Notes under the pieces: generated by a model
Database searches by the model: none
What the model saw: only the letters and a program-made list of their open reading frames with translations
Told to the model about the DNA's origin: nothing
Assembly (NCBI GenBank): GCA_903891285.1
Contig: CAITDZ010000128.1
Coordinates: forward strand, 1-58,757
DNA from: an uncultured Solirubrobacterales bacterium
GTDB taxonomy: Bacteria; Actinomycetota; Thermoleophilia; Solirubrobacterales; 70-9
Length of the DNA: 58,757 nucleotides
Direction of reading: 5' to 3'
Shown here: piece after piece, positions 1-7,529 of the stretch
How the letters are laid out: the number at the start of each line of letters is the position of its first letter
Position numbering within the stretch: position 1 is the first letter of the stretch
Program-made: the position numbers and the translations under genes

Positions 1-272
1 CGCTGGAGAATTGAGAGGATTTGTCCCTAGTACGAGAGGACCGGGATGAACATACCTCTGGTGTAGCTGTTGTCCTGCCAAGGGCATCGCAGCTTAGCTA
101 CGTATGGCACGGATAACCGCTGAAGGCATCTAAGCGGGAAGCCGTCCTCGAGATTAATTCTCCCATCCCTTCGAGGGAGTAAGACCCCTGGTAGACCACC
201 AGGTTGATAGGCCGGCGGTGGAACGGTGGTGACACCGGCAGCTGACCGGTACTAATCGGTCGAGGGCTTGAC
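1..272 (+). rRNA. rrl: 23S rRNA, 3'-terminal fragment (gene continues upstream of the window)
   Basis: Conserved 23S domain VI strings: AGTACGAGAGGACCGG (about 28-44) and GCTGAAGGCATCTAAG (about 119-136). Ends near GAGGGCTTGAC. No credible ORF. Confidence 0.9.
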
Positions 273-336
273 GGATATTTTTTTCAATAGGCCATTGTGC
301 GGTTTTGAAGCTCCTCCGGAGCGGGTCTCGCAAAGT

Positions 337-454
337 TCCGGTGGTGCAACAGCGCGGTGGAAACACCTCTTCCCATTCCGAACAGAGCAGTTAAGCACCG
401 CAGCGCCGATGGTACTTGGGGGGCAACCCCCTGGGAGAGTAGGTCGCCGCCGGT
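337..454 (+). rRNA. rrf: 5S rRNA
   Basis: About 118 nt. Conserved CCCATTCCGAAC and GCGCCGATGGTAC...GGGAGAGTAGGTC blocks. The terminal helix pairs 338-346 with 445-453, and a T-run (454-458) follows. Confidence 0.9.
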
Positions 455-520
455 TTTTCCTTTCGAACAGCCCAGTGAAGCCCGAGGGGCTCGATCCGGG
501 CTGTCAAAGGCGGGCAGTTG

Positions 521-847
521 TCACGCGGCCCAGTCGGTATCGAGCCTTGGCGTGCGCAGGGCACCGATCACCTGAATCCGCGGAATCCTTTCGAGAGTTG
601 ATGCCTCTGGCATCGGATGCTTCCTGTTGGATCTTCCGAGCGGGACCTGCTCCGAACAGTTCGGGCGGCGTGACCGAACACCGGGCTGAGCTGCCGACCT
701 TCTGGGGGCACGGGACCGGTCGGGGTGGCCCTGCCGAGCGTCAGCCTGATCGGGGGGGAGGAACCCATACTCACCGAGGGTCGAGAACTCGATGGCGAGG
801 TCGAGCCCACTCGCTGCTCGGTTTTGGATTCGTTTGAACACGAACAT
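521..847 (-). CDS. Speculative SOS-box-associated ORF (108 codons). Only the first ~35 residues look protein-like.
   Basis: The ATG at 847 lies inside the SOS box. TAGATT (861-856) sits 8 nt upstream. The rest of the ORF is Arg/Pro-rich and may be noncoding. Confidence 0.2.
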   Translation of the reverse strand: MFVFKRIQNRAASGLDLAIEFSTLGEYGFLPPDQADARQGHPDRSRAPRRSAAQPGVRSRRPNCSEQVPLGRSNRKHPMPEASTLERIPRIQVIGALRTPRLDTDWAA

Positions 848-854
848 AGGTTCG
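841..854. promoter_or_regulatory. Candidate LexA (SOS/Cheo) box CGAACATAGGTTCG
   Basis: Perfect GAAC-N4-GTTC palindrome, 13/14 identical to the box at 5643-5656. -10-like hexamers flank it on both strands. Confidence 0.55.
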
Positions 855-876
855 TAATCTACGACGCCTTCCGGAC

Positions 877-912
877 GGATCCCGCTTTTTGCAGGATGAG
901 TTGCAGGGATCC
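877..912 (-). terminator. Hairpin just downstream of the dnaE2 stop (U-tail-less, I-shaped type)
   Basis: GGATCCCGC (877-885) pairs with GCAGGGATCC (903-912) with one bulge and a 17-nt loop. No T-run follows on either strand. Confidence 0.35.
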
Positions 913-924
913 AGGGTAAGCCGC

Positions 925-3900
925 CTATAGAGCCAAATAGTGGCGATCGAGGGACTTGATCCCAGTGCAGACGAGGTTCACCACCAGCCCCTTGCGCTCG
1001 ATTTTCCCAGTGGCGGCCAGAAACCTTGTCGTCCGGAGGACCAACCGTTCCCGGTGCGCCAGGGCCGGGGGGATGATCAGGTTCAAGACCTCTGTCTGGT
1101 CCTCCAGGAGGACGAAGCAGGTGCCCCGGGCCGTCATCGGGCGCTGGAGGATCCTGGCCAAGCCGATTGCCTCGGTCGTGGAGCGATCGGGCAACTCACG
1201 GAGCCTCGACAGGGTCGGCGGGGGCTCGGGAAGGGCCTCCCTGAGGGAGACCATCGGGTGGCCCTCCAGGCAGACGCCGGTGCTTGCGTAATCGGCCCGG
1301 ACCAATTCGTGAGTGTCGGGCCGTTCGAGCTTTGGGGGAGCTGGCATCGGAAAGGGGAGGGGGGGCTGGTGTGCACCGTCTCTTGAGGTGCCCCTGGTCC
1401 GTCGCGTTGCTGACCCAGCCGCCCAGAGGGAGGAGACCCGGTCGCCGTCCGGCAGGCCCCTGAAGGCACCACTCCAGGCGAGCGCCTCCATGCCCGGCCT
1501 GGTGAGCCTGCACCTGGAGGCAAGATCGGCCACGGAGGAAAAGTCTCCATCACGATTTCGCAGGGCCACCAGCTCCCCGGCCTCTTCCTCTCCGAGGTCC
1601 CGGATGTACCCGAGTCCCATCCGGACCGCGGGTTGAGCCGAACTTCGGTCGCCGTCCTCGAACGGGATGGGGGGTTCGGCCGCGCACTTGACTTCACTCG
1701 CGTTTACGTCCGGCGGGAGGACGGTTATTCCCGTACGCAGTCCGTATTGAACGAGGCTGTCCGGTGGATAGAAGCCCATGGGTTGTTCGTTCAGGAGGGA
1801 GCAGAGGTACTCGGGTCCGAAGTGGACCTTGAGCCAGGCCGACTGGTAAGCCAGCAGGGCGAATGCGACCGAGTGCGACTTCGGGAATCCAAATCCGGAG
1901 AAGGCTTCGACTGAAGAGAAGATCCGTTCGGCTGCTTCCCGCTGGACGCCCCTCTGGGCCGCCCCCTCGAGGAATCTGTGGCGATAAGCCCGCAGGGAGT
2001 CGCCGGAGCGCTTTCGACTCATCGCCCTGCGGAGCCCTTCTGCCTCTGTAGCCGAAAATCCCGCCACATCCATCGAAACTTCGAGCACCTGCTCCTGGAA
2101 GACGATTACCCCCAGGGTCTCTTCGAGCGAGCGTCTGGCCAGTTGGTGGGGGTAGGGGACCTCCCAGTCGGGATCTTCACGGAGGCGTTTCCTCCGCTCC
2201 ACGTAGGGATGTACGGCCCCTCCCTGGATCGGGCCGGGCCTGATCAGTGCAACCTGGACCGCCAGATCCTCGAGGTTCTCCGGCCTGAGCCTTGGCAGGA
2301 GCTGCATCTGGGCCCTGCTCTCGATCTGGAAGACGCCCGTAGTGTCCGCCTCCCTGATCGCCTCGAAGGTCCGGTGATCCTTCAGGTCGATCCGGCTGAG
2401 GTCCACCTGGACCCCCCTCGACCTGGCGATCTCGTCCACGCACCTCTCGACCACGGAGAGCATGCCTAGCCCGAGCAGGTCGATCTTCAGGAAGCCCGCG
2501 TCCTGGCATGAATCCTTGTCCCACTGGACCGTCTGACGCCCCTCCATCGCCGCCGGCACAACCGGGCAGACCGAGGTCAGGGGTGAGGTGGAGATGACCA
2601 TTCCGCCCGGATGCTGGGAAGCGTGGCGGGGTAACCCCCTTGCCTCCTCGGCGAGCCTCGTCAGGATCCTCCATCGTCTGGCCCTGGCCCTCTCCGGCCC
2701 GAGCAGGGTCGGCAGGTCCGTCCGCAGCCCCTCGATCCCCTCCCTTCGGTCAGAGCCGCGCGCCACCTTTTCGACCTCACCCCGGGGAAGGCCGAGGGCC
2801 TTGCCGAAGTCCCGCACCGATCCCTTCAGCCTGTATGTGGGAAAGGAGGCGACCAGGGCCGAGCGATCATGACCGTAGCGCTGGTGGATGCGGGGGATCA
2901 GGCGCTCCCTTATGTCCCTCGGGAAGTCGAGGTCTATGTCCGGCACGGCAGTCGTTTCCTCGTTCAGGAACCTGCCGGGGAAGAGGCCGGCCTGAACGGG
3001 ATCCACGTGGGAGAGGCCCGTCAGGTAGCAGATGACTGAGCTGACGCTCGAGCCCCGCCCCCTGCCAGGCGGGAGGACCGAACGACTGGAATCCCGACCT
3101 CGCACCTCGACCGCGATCTGGCTGGCGAGATCGAGGAGCTCGTGGTGCAGGAGGAAGAAGCCCGAAAGGCCGAGCCTTCCGATCAGGTCCAGCTCGTCCT
3201 CCATGCGACGTCTTGCCTCGACCCGAACCGGGCTCCGTCCGTAGCGATCGTCGAAGCGGGATCGGCAGAGCTCCCTCAGATCCACGTCGGCAGCCGGGTC
3301 CCCCGCCCGTGGGTAGCGGTATCCGAGCTCCCTGTCCAGCTCGAAGCGGAGCCGGTCGGCCAGTTCGTTACCGGCCCGAAGCGCCTCCGGCCGGTCACCG
3401 AAGCGGGCTGCCATCTCTTCGGGTGGCACCAGACAGGAGGTGTGATTGCCGCGTCTGAAGGACTCAGCGGCCTCGATCCCCATACCCAGCCGGACCGAGA
3501 CCAGGACATCCTGGAGCGCCGCCCTGGCCGGTGTATGGCTGTGGACGTTTCCGGTCGCTACGACCGGTAGCCGGAGCCTTCGCCCCAGCCCCTCCAGCCA
3601 GGTATTTCGGGCGAAGTCGTTTCGCCAGTAGGGGCGCTGGATCTCGATCGCGAGGTTGTCGGGCCCGAACAGCTCCCTCAATCTCCGGGCCCCGGCCTCT
3701 CCCGTCCGGTCATCCCCCCAGGCGGACCCGACCAATCCCTTGCCGGCACACCCGGTCAGGCAGACCAGGCCTTCCGTCCTTCCCTCCAGGAAGTCCAGGG
3801 GAACCCTGGGCTGATCCTGCCTCCGGTCTGGACCGACCCGGGTCCCCGCATGAGCCTCGGTCAGCAGTCGGCAGAGGTTCGCGTATCCACCTCCATCCTC

Positions 3901-4158
3901 GACCAGAAGGGTCAGGTGACTGGTCTGATCCCGCCACTCGACGGTCAGTTCCGTCCCGGTTATTGCCCTTATCCCGTTCGCCCGACAGGCGAGGGCGAAC
4001 TCCATGGAGCCCCAGACGCCGTCGTGGTCGGTAAGCGCCAGGGCCTCGTAGCCGAGCCGGGCTGCGGTTTCGGCCAGCTCGATGGGGGAGGACGCTCCGT
4101 CGAGGAATGAAAACCAGGAATGGCAGTGGAGTTCGGTGTAGTGGGTCGATCTGCCCAC
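925..4158 (-). CDS. dnaE2: Error-prone DNA polymerase III alpha-like subunit DnaE2
   Basis: 1077 aa. N-terminal PHP motif HCHSWFSFLDGAS...LALTDHDGVWG, with length and architecture typical of DnaE2. GTG start 4158, directly downstream of imuB. Confidence 0.9.
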   Translation of the reverse strand: MGRSTHYTELHCHSWFSFLDGASSPIELAETAARLGYEALALTDHDGVWGSMEFALACRANGIRAITGTELTVEWRDQTSHLTLLVEDGGGYANLCRLLTEAHAGTRVGPDRRQDQPRVPLDFLEGRTEGLVCLTGCAGKGLVGSAWGDDRTGEAGARRLRELFGPDNLAIEIQRPYWRNDFARNTWLEGLGRRLRLPVVATGNVHSHTPARAALQDVLVSVRLGMGIEAAESFRRGNHTSCLVPPEEMAARFGDRPEALRAGNELADRLRFELDRELGYRYPRAGDPAADVDLRELCRSRFDDRYGRSPVRVEARRRMEDELDLIGRLGLSGFFLLHHELLDLASQIAVEVRGRDSSRSVLPPGRGRGSSVSSVICYLTGLSHVDPVQAGLFPGRFLNEETTAVPDIDLDFPRDIRERLIPRIHQRYGHDRSALVASFPTYRLKGSVRDFGKALGLPRGEVEKVARGSDRREGIEGLRTDLPTLLGPERARARRWRILTRLAEEARGLPRHASQHPGGMVISTSPLTSVCPVVPAAMEGRQTVQWDKDSCQDAGFLKIDLLGLGMLSVVERCVDEIARSRGVQVDLSRIDLKDHRTFEAIREADTTGVFQIESRAQMQLLPRLRPENLEDLAVQVALIRPGPIQGGAVHPYVERRKRLREDPDWEVPYPHQLARRSLEETLGVIVFQEQVLEVSMDVAGFSATEAEGLRRAMSRKRSGDSLRAYRHRFLEGAAQRGVQREAAERIFSSVEAFSGFGFPKSHSVAFALLAYQSAWLKVHFGPEYLCSLLNEQPMGFYPPDSLVQYGLRTGITVLPPDVNASEVKCAAEPPIPFEDGDRSSAQPAVRMGLGYIRDLGEEEAGELVALRNRDGDFSSVADLASRCRLTRPGMEALAWSGAFRGLPDGDRVSSLWAAGSATRRTRGTSRDGAHQPPLPFPMPAPPKLERPDTHELVRADYASTGVCLEGHPMVSLREALPEPPPTLSRLRELPDRSTTEAIGLARILQRPMTARGTCFVLLEDQTEVLNLIIPPALAHRERLVLRTTRFLAATGKIERKGLVVNLVCTGIKSLDRHYLAL

Positions 4159-4161
4159 GTC

Positions 4162-4419
4162 TCAGGCCCGCTGGCTGAACCACTCGCCCCCTGGGAGGGA
4201 ACGGAACAGCGTGAGGTTTCGCCCCCCTTCGAGGACGACCTCGAAGTAGTGCCGTCTGATTTGGCGGCGTGACCACCAGGAGTCCTCGACGAGCCACTCC
4301 TCCCTGATCGAGGCGACCGGTTTCCCGCCGACCACCTTGGGCCTCGTGTCGTGATCCACCAGGACGGCCACCGGCTTCGCCCGGTAGGGATGAATCCTTC
4401 GTGGGGAGCCGCCCCTCAA
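4162..4419 (-). CDS. 85-aa protein between imuB and dnaE2, probably a detached ImuB C-terminal domain
   Basis: The TTG start overlaps the imuB TGA (TTGA at 4419-4416), and the ORF stops 3 nt before the dnaE2 GTG. It has a W-rich motif (EEWLVEDSWWSRRQIRRHYFEV). Confidence 0.55.
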   Translation of the reverse strand: MRGGSPRRIHPYRAKPVAVLVDHDTRPKVVGGKPVASIREEWLVEDSWWSRRQIRRHYFEVVLEGGRNLTLFRSLPGGEWFSQRA

Positions 4420-5639
4420 CGCTCGACTCCATCCCCCTGGGCCGGCCCACCTCCGGCCAGGGGGACCATGACGACCCTGCGTTCGGGCAGTCGCGAGTCG
4501 GGGTCGGTCTCCACGACCCGCAGGAGAGTTCCTTCCCCGACGGCAACCCCCACCTGCCTGGCAGCCTCGGACAGCCTTCTTCTCCGATTGGCCGACGGGT
4601 CACCGAAGAGGTCTTCCTGTCGGGGACCGTCCCTGGTAGTTCTCGGCGCCCTCAGGGTCAGGGACAGGATGGGCGAGTGCAAGGGGCCGAAGGCATCTCG
4701 GGTGAGCAGGGAGAACGTTCTCCCCGAACGGGTGGGGGCCCTTGGGACGAACTCCCTGAACAGGCTACCCCCCGATTCGAGGACGGCTTCCACGCTCAGG
4801 TTCCTCGCGAACAGGCCGGCCCCACCGAGGCGGGAAGAGATCATCCGGCAGGCCAGGTCGAGGGCCACCGGGAGTCGGTCACCACCACCGACGGATTCGA
4901 GGTCGAGACGGACCTCGATGCCGCTGCGTGCCCGTCTGGGGGCCAGGGGTGGCTCGACCCCCCTGGCAACCCTGAGTGCCTCGAGGCCGAACTGGCCGAA
5001 GCGGTCCGCAACCGCATCCGTATCGAGCCTCCTGAACTGTCCCAGGGTCGAGATGCCAAGTCGATCCAGGGTTCCGAACAGGTCCGTTCCTGGACCTTCA
5101 CCGAGTCGCTCCTGCAGCTTCCCCACCGGCAATGGATCCAGGTGGCGCCACAGGGACTCCCTGGACACGGGTTTCAGGACCTCCTGGCAGGGGGCGAGTG
5201 CATTGATCGCCGCCAATCGGCTCGGTCCGATTCCCAGCAGTGCCCTCTCCCGAACCGCCCGAAACGTCTCCCGGACCAGCCCATCCAGCCCGCCATGGAT
5301 TCCGATGATCGGGGTCGGATCGAAGAAGGCCTCCCCGGCCCGGTCGGCTTCTACCTCTGCACCGATTCCCTCGAGTGCAGATACCACCAGGTCCCAAACA
5401 CCGGACATACCCGCCGGATCCGGAGGCAGGAGTTCCAGACGGGGGCAGATCTCGAGCGCGGTGCCGACGTCCATGCCTGGCCTGATCCCCGCCCGTTCGG
5501 CCATTGCGTTGACCTCACCGATCGCTCGCGCGCCTCCCTCGAGCGGGGCAACCGCGGCTGGACCCCGAGGGTCAGGCAGGTCAGAGGCCTGGGCCGCAGC
5601 CCTGAGGCCGAGTGAAGGGTCACAGGCACAGATCACCAT
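4416..5639 (-). CDS. imuB: ImuB, a Y-family-polymerase-like, catalytically inactive mutasome subunit
   Basis: DinB-like fold without the N-terminal acidic catalytic motif. Beta-clamp motif QEDLFG at 4619-4602. ATG 5639 is preferred over the ORF-track start 5858 because the SOS box abuts it. Confidence 0.8.
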   Translation of the reverse strand: MVICACDPSLGLRAAAQASDLPDPRGPAAVAPLEGGARAIGEVNAMAERAGIRPGMDVGTALEICPRLELLPPDPAGMSGVWDLVVSALEGIGAEVEADRAGEAFFDPTPIIGIHGGLDGLVRETFRAVRERALLGIGPSRLAAINALAPCQEVLKPVSRESLWRHLDPLPVGKLQERLGEGPGTDLFGTLDRLGISTLGQFRRLDTDAVADRFGQFGLEALRVARGVEPPLAPRRARSGIEVRLDLESVGGGDRLPVALDLACRMISSRLGGAGLFARNLSVEAVLESGGSLFREFVPRAPTRSGRTFSLLTRDAFGPLHSPILSLTLRAPRTTRDGPRQEDLFGDPSANRRRRLSEAARQVGVAVGEGTLLRVVETDPDSRLPERRVVMVPLAGGGPAQGDGVER

Positions 5640-5642
5640 ATA

Positions 5643-5656
5643 CGAACATATGTTCG
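5643..5656. promoter_or_regulatory. LexA (SOS/Cheo) box CGAACATATGTTCG
   Basis: Perfect 14-nt palindrome matching CGAAC-N4-GTTCG. It ends 3 nt upstream of the imuB ATG and lies 83 nt upstream of the divergent 112-aa gene. Confidence 0.75.
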
Positions 5657-5738
5657 CATATGGAAACCGCCCCCGCAAGCCTTTCCACACCCCCCGTATC
5701 GACTGCGGTTGAACGGCGACGGCGCCATGTAGCAAGAT

Positions 5739-6077
5739 GTGGCCCTGACCGAGCTCGGTAAATGCGACTGGTGCGGAATCGGACTGGAGTCCGGAGAGGG
5801 GTGGAGGCTGGTCAAGCCAGCCCGCAATATGGGAGCAGCCTTCTGCCGCCTGGAGCACGTTGCGCCCTGGCTAACCGAGAAGAACGACTGGCACATCCTC
5901 GACCAGGTCGAGGTGCCTCCGTCGGCGGATCCCTTCTGCGCGGCCACCGGGAAGGAGCTGGATGAAGCGGCGATGTACCTGATCAGGCGTCACGGGGACG
6001 TCGAGGTGGTCGACGGTTTCTCCGGACCCGACGAAATCCTCAAATGGGCCAGGGCCGGCGGGAGGTACGCGCCCTAG
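5739..6077 (+). CDS. Hypothetical protein with an N-terminal CxxC...FCxxxH zinc-ribbon (TRASH/FCS-like) motif
   Basis: 112 aa with high third-position GC. Motif KCDWCG...FCRLEH. GTG start, divergent from imuB. Confidence 0.55.
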   Translation: MALTELGKCDWCGIGLESGEGWRLVKPARNMGAAFCRLEHVAPWLTEKNDWHILDQVEVPPSADPFCAATGKELDEAAMYLIRRHGDVEVVDGFSGPDEILKWARAGGRYAP

Positions 6078-6164
6078 CAGCTGACGCCCGGCCGTTCATC
6101 GGCGATCGGGTGACGGACCGCCCCCAACTGCCCCGCACCCGCGGGGGACGGCGATTGCCGGTGT

Positions 6165-6170
6165 TAGGCT
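6165..6170 (+). promoter_or_regulatory. -10-like TAGGCT upstream of murA (predicts a ~65-nt leader)
   Basis: The same hexamer is used at several leaderless genes in the window. Confidence 0.3.
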
Positions 6171-6242
6171 TGCGAATCCGCTGAGGGTCTCGACGGTGCC
6201 ATTCAGGCTTCCCGCCGGGACCGGGGTCCCGGGTCATCAGAG

Positions 6243-7529
6243 ATGGAAAAGTTCGTGATACAGGGTGGCGTTCCGCTGTCCGGCGAGATCGCCGCGGCAG
6301 GCAACAAGAATGCGGCATTGCCGATTCTTGCCGCCTGTCTGTTGACCGAGGAACGCTTGACCCTGTCGAACGTTCCCCGCATCAGGGATACCGAAGCGCA
6401 GATCGCGCTGCTAGAGGGAATCGGGGTGACGGCCGAGTGGACCGCCCCCAACACGATCACCCTCCAGGCCTCCGAAGTCTCGCCCGACCGGATCGACGAG
6501 CGACTCGCGGCTGCGATTCGCGCATCGTTCCTGTTGGCCGGCCCATTGCTCGCGCGCTTCGGGGAGGCCAGCATGCCCCCACCGGGTGGTGACTTCATCG
6601 GGCGCCGCAGGCTCGACCCTCACCTCGATGCATTCCGTGACCTCGGTGCATCGGTAAGCGGCGAGCGGATGATCGACCTGAAGGCTCCATCGGCAGGGCT
6701 GAGTCCGGCCGAAGTGTTCATGGACGAGCCGTCAGTCATGGCAACGGAGAACGCCCTGATGGCTGCAGCACTCATCCCGGGCACCACCCGGCTGATGAAC
6801 GTAGCCTGCGAACCGCACGTACAGGACCTCGCACACCTGTTGGTCAAGATGGGTTCATCGATCGACGGAATCGGCTCGAACATGCTCACCGTCGAGGGTC
6901 GGGACAGGCTCGGTGGAGCCGATCACGAGATCGGCCCGGACCACATCGAGATCGCGAGTTTCATGGCCCTGGCTGGGGCCACGGGCGGGAGCCTTCGAAT
7001 CACCGGCACGCGTCCCTCGGACCTGCTGATGATCCGACGGCAGTTCAAACGGCTCGGTTTTCGCTCGGAGGTCGATGGCACCGATGTGGTCGTACCGCCG
7101 GACCAGGGGCTCGAGATAGAGACTGACGCAGGCGGGGCCATCCCGAAGATCGAGGATGGTCCGTGGCCCGCCTTCCCCGCCGACCTCACATCGATCGCCC
7201 TCGCCCTGGCGACCCAGGCGGACGGCGAGGTCCTGATCTTCGAGAAGATGTTCGAGAACCGGCTTTTCTTCGTCGACAAACTCGTCGCAATGGGGGCTCG
7301 AATCACCCTCTGTGACCCCCATCGGGCGATCGTCAGTGGACCGGGGCCCCTGCACGGGGAGAGGGTGGAGAGCCCGGATATCCGCGCCGGCATGGCGATG
7401 TTGATCGCTGCCCTGGCGGCCGAGGGAACTTCGGAGATCGGCAACATCCGCCAGATCGACCGGGGTTATGAACGAATCGATGAGCGCCTGAGTGATCTCG
7501 GTGCGCGGATCGAGAGGGTGCGTGACTGA
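6243..7529 (+). CDS. murA: UDP-N-acetylglucosamine 1-carboxyvinyltransferase
   Basis: 428 aa. MEKFVIQGG...GNKNAALPILAACLL is a typical MurA N-terminus, and the length fits. Confidence 0.95.
   Translation: MEKFVIQGGVPLSGEIAAAGNKNAALPILAACLLTEERLTLSNVPRIRDTEAQIALLEGIGVTAEWTAPNTITLQASEVSPDRIDERLAAAIRASFLLAGPLLARFGEASMPPPGGDFIGRRRLDPHLDAFRDLGASVSGERMIDLKAPSAGLSPAEVFMDEPSVMATENALMAAALIPGTTRLMNVACEPHVQDLAHLLVKMGSSIDGIGSNMLTVEGRDRLGGADHEIGPDHIEIASFMALAGATGGSLRITGTRPSDLLMIRRQFKRLGFRSEVDGTDVVVPPDQGLEIETDAGGAIPKIEDGPWPAFPADLTSIALALATQADGEVLIFEKMFENRLFFVDKLVAMGARITLCDPHRAIVSGPGPLHGERVESPDIRAGMAMLIAALAAEGTSEIGNIRQIDRGYERIDERLSDLGARIERVRD

Noticed and set aside
652-664. Palindrome CCGAACAGTTCGG as a third SOS box
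   Set aside because: The GAAC/GTTC half-sites are separated by 1 nt rather than 4, which does not fit the LexA box geometry.
268-837. 189-aa ORF spanning the 23S-5S spacer and 5S rRNA
   Set aside because: It overlaps an rRNA gene and is Gly/Arg-rich, so it is not credible as a CDS.
455-925. tRNA or another known RNA gene downstream of 5S
   Set aside because: No T-loop (GTTCGAATC-like) or cloverleaf could be found by eye. A covariance-model scan would be needed to be sure.
4351-5712. 453-aa and 404-aa plus-strand ORFs over imuB
   Set aside because: Antisense to imuB. Ser/Arg/Pro-rich with no motifs.
5640-5858. N-terminal 73-codon extension of the imuB ORF (track start 5858)
   Set aside because: The extension would run through the SOS box and into the divergent gene's upstream region. 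ImuB homology begins at MVICACDP (ATG 5639).
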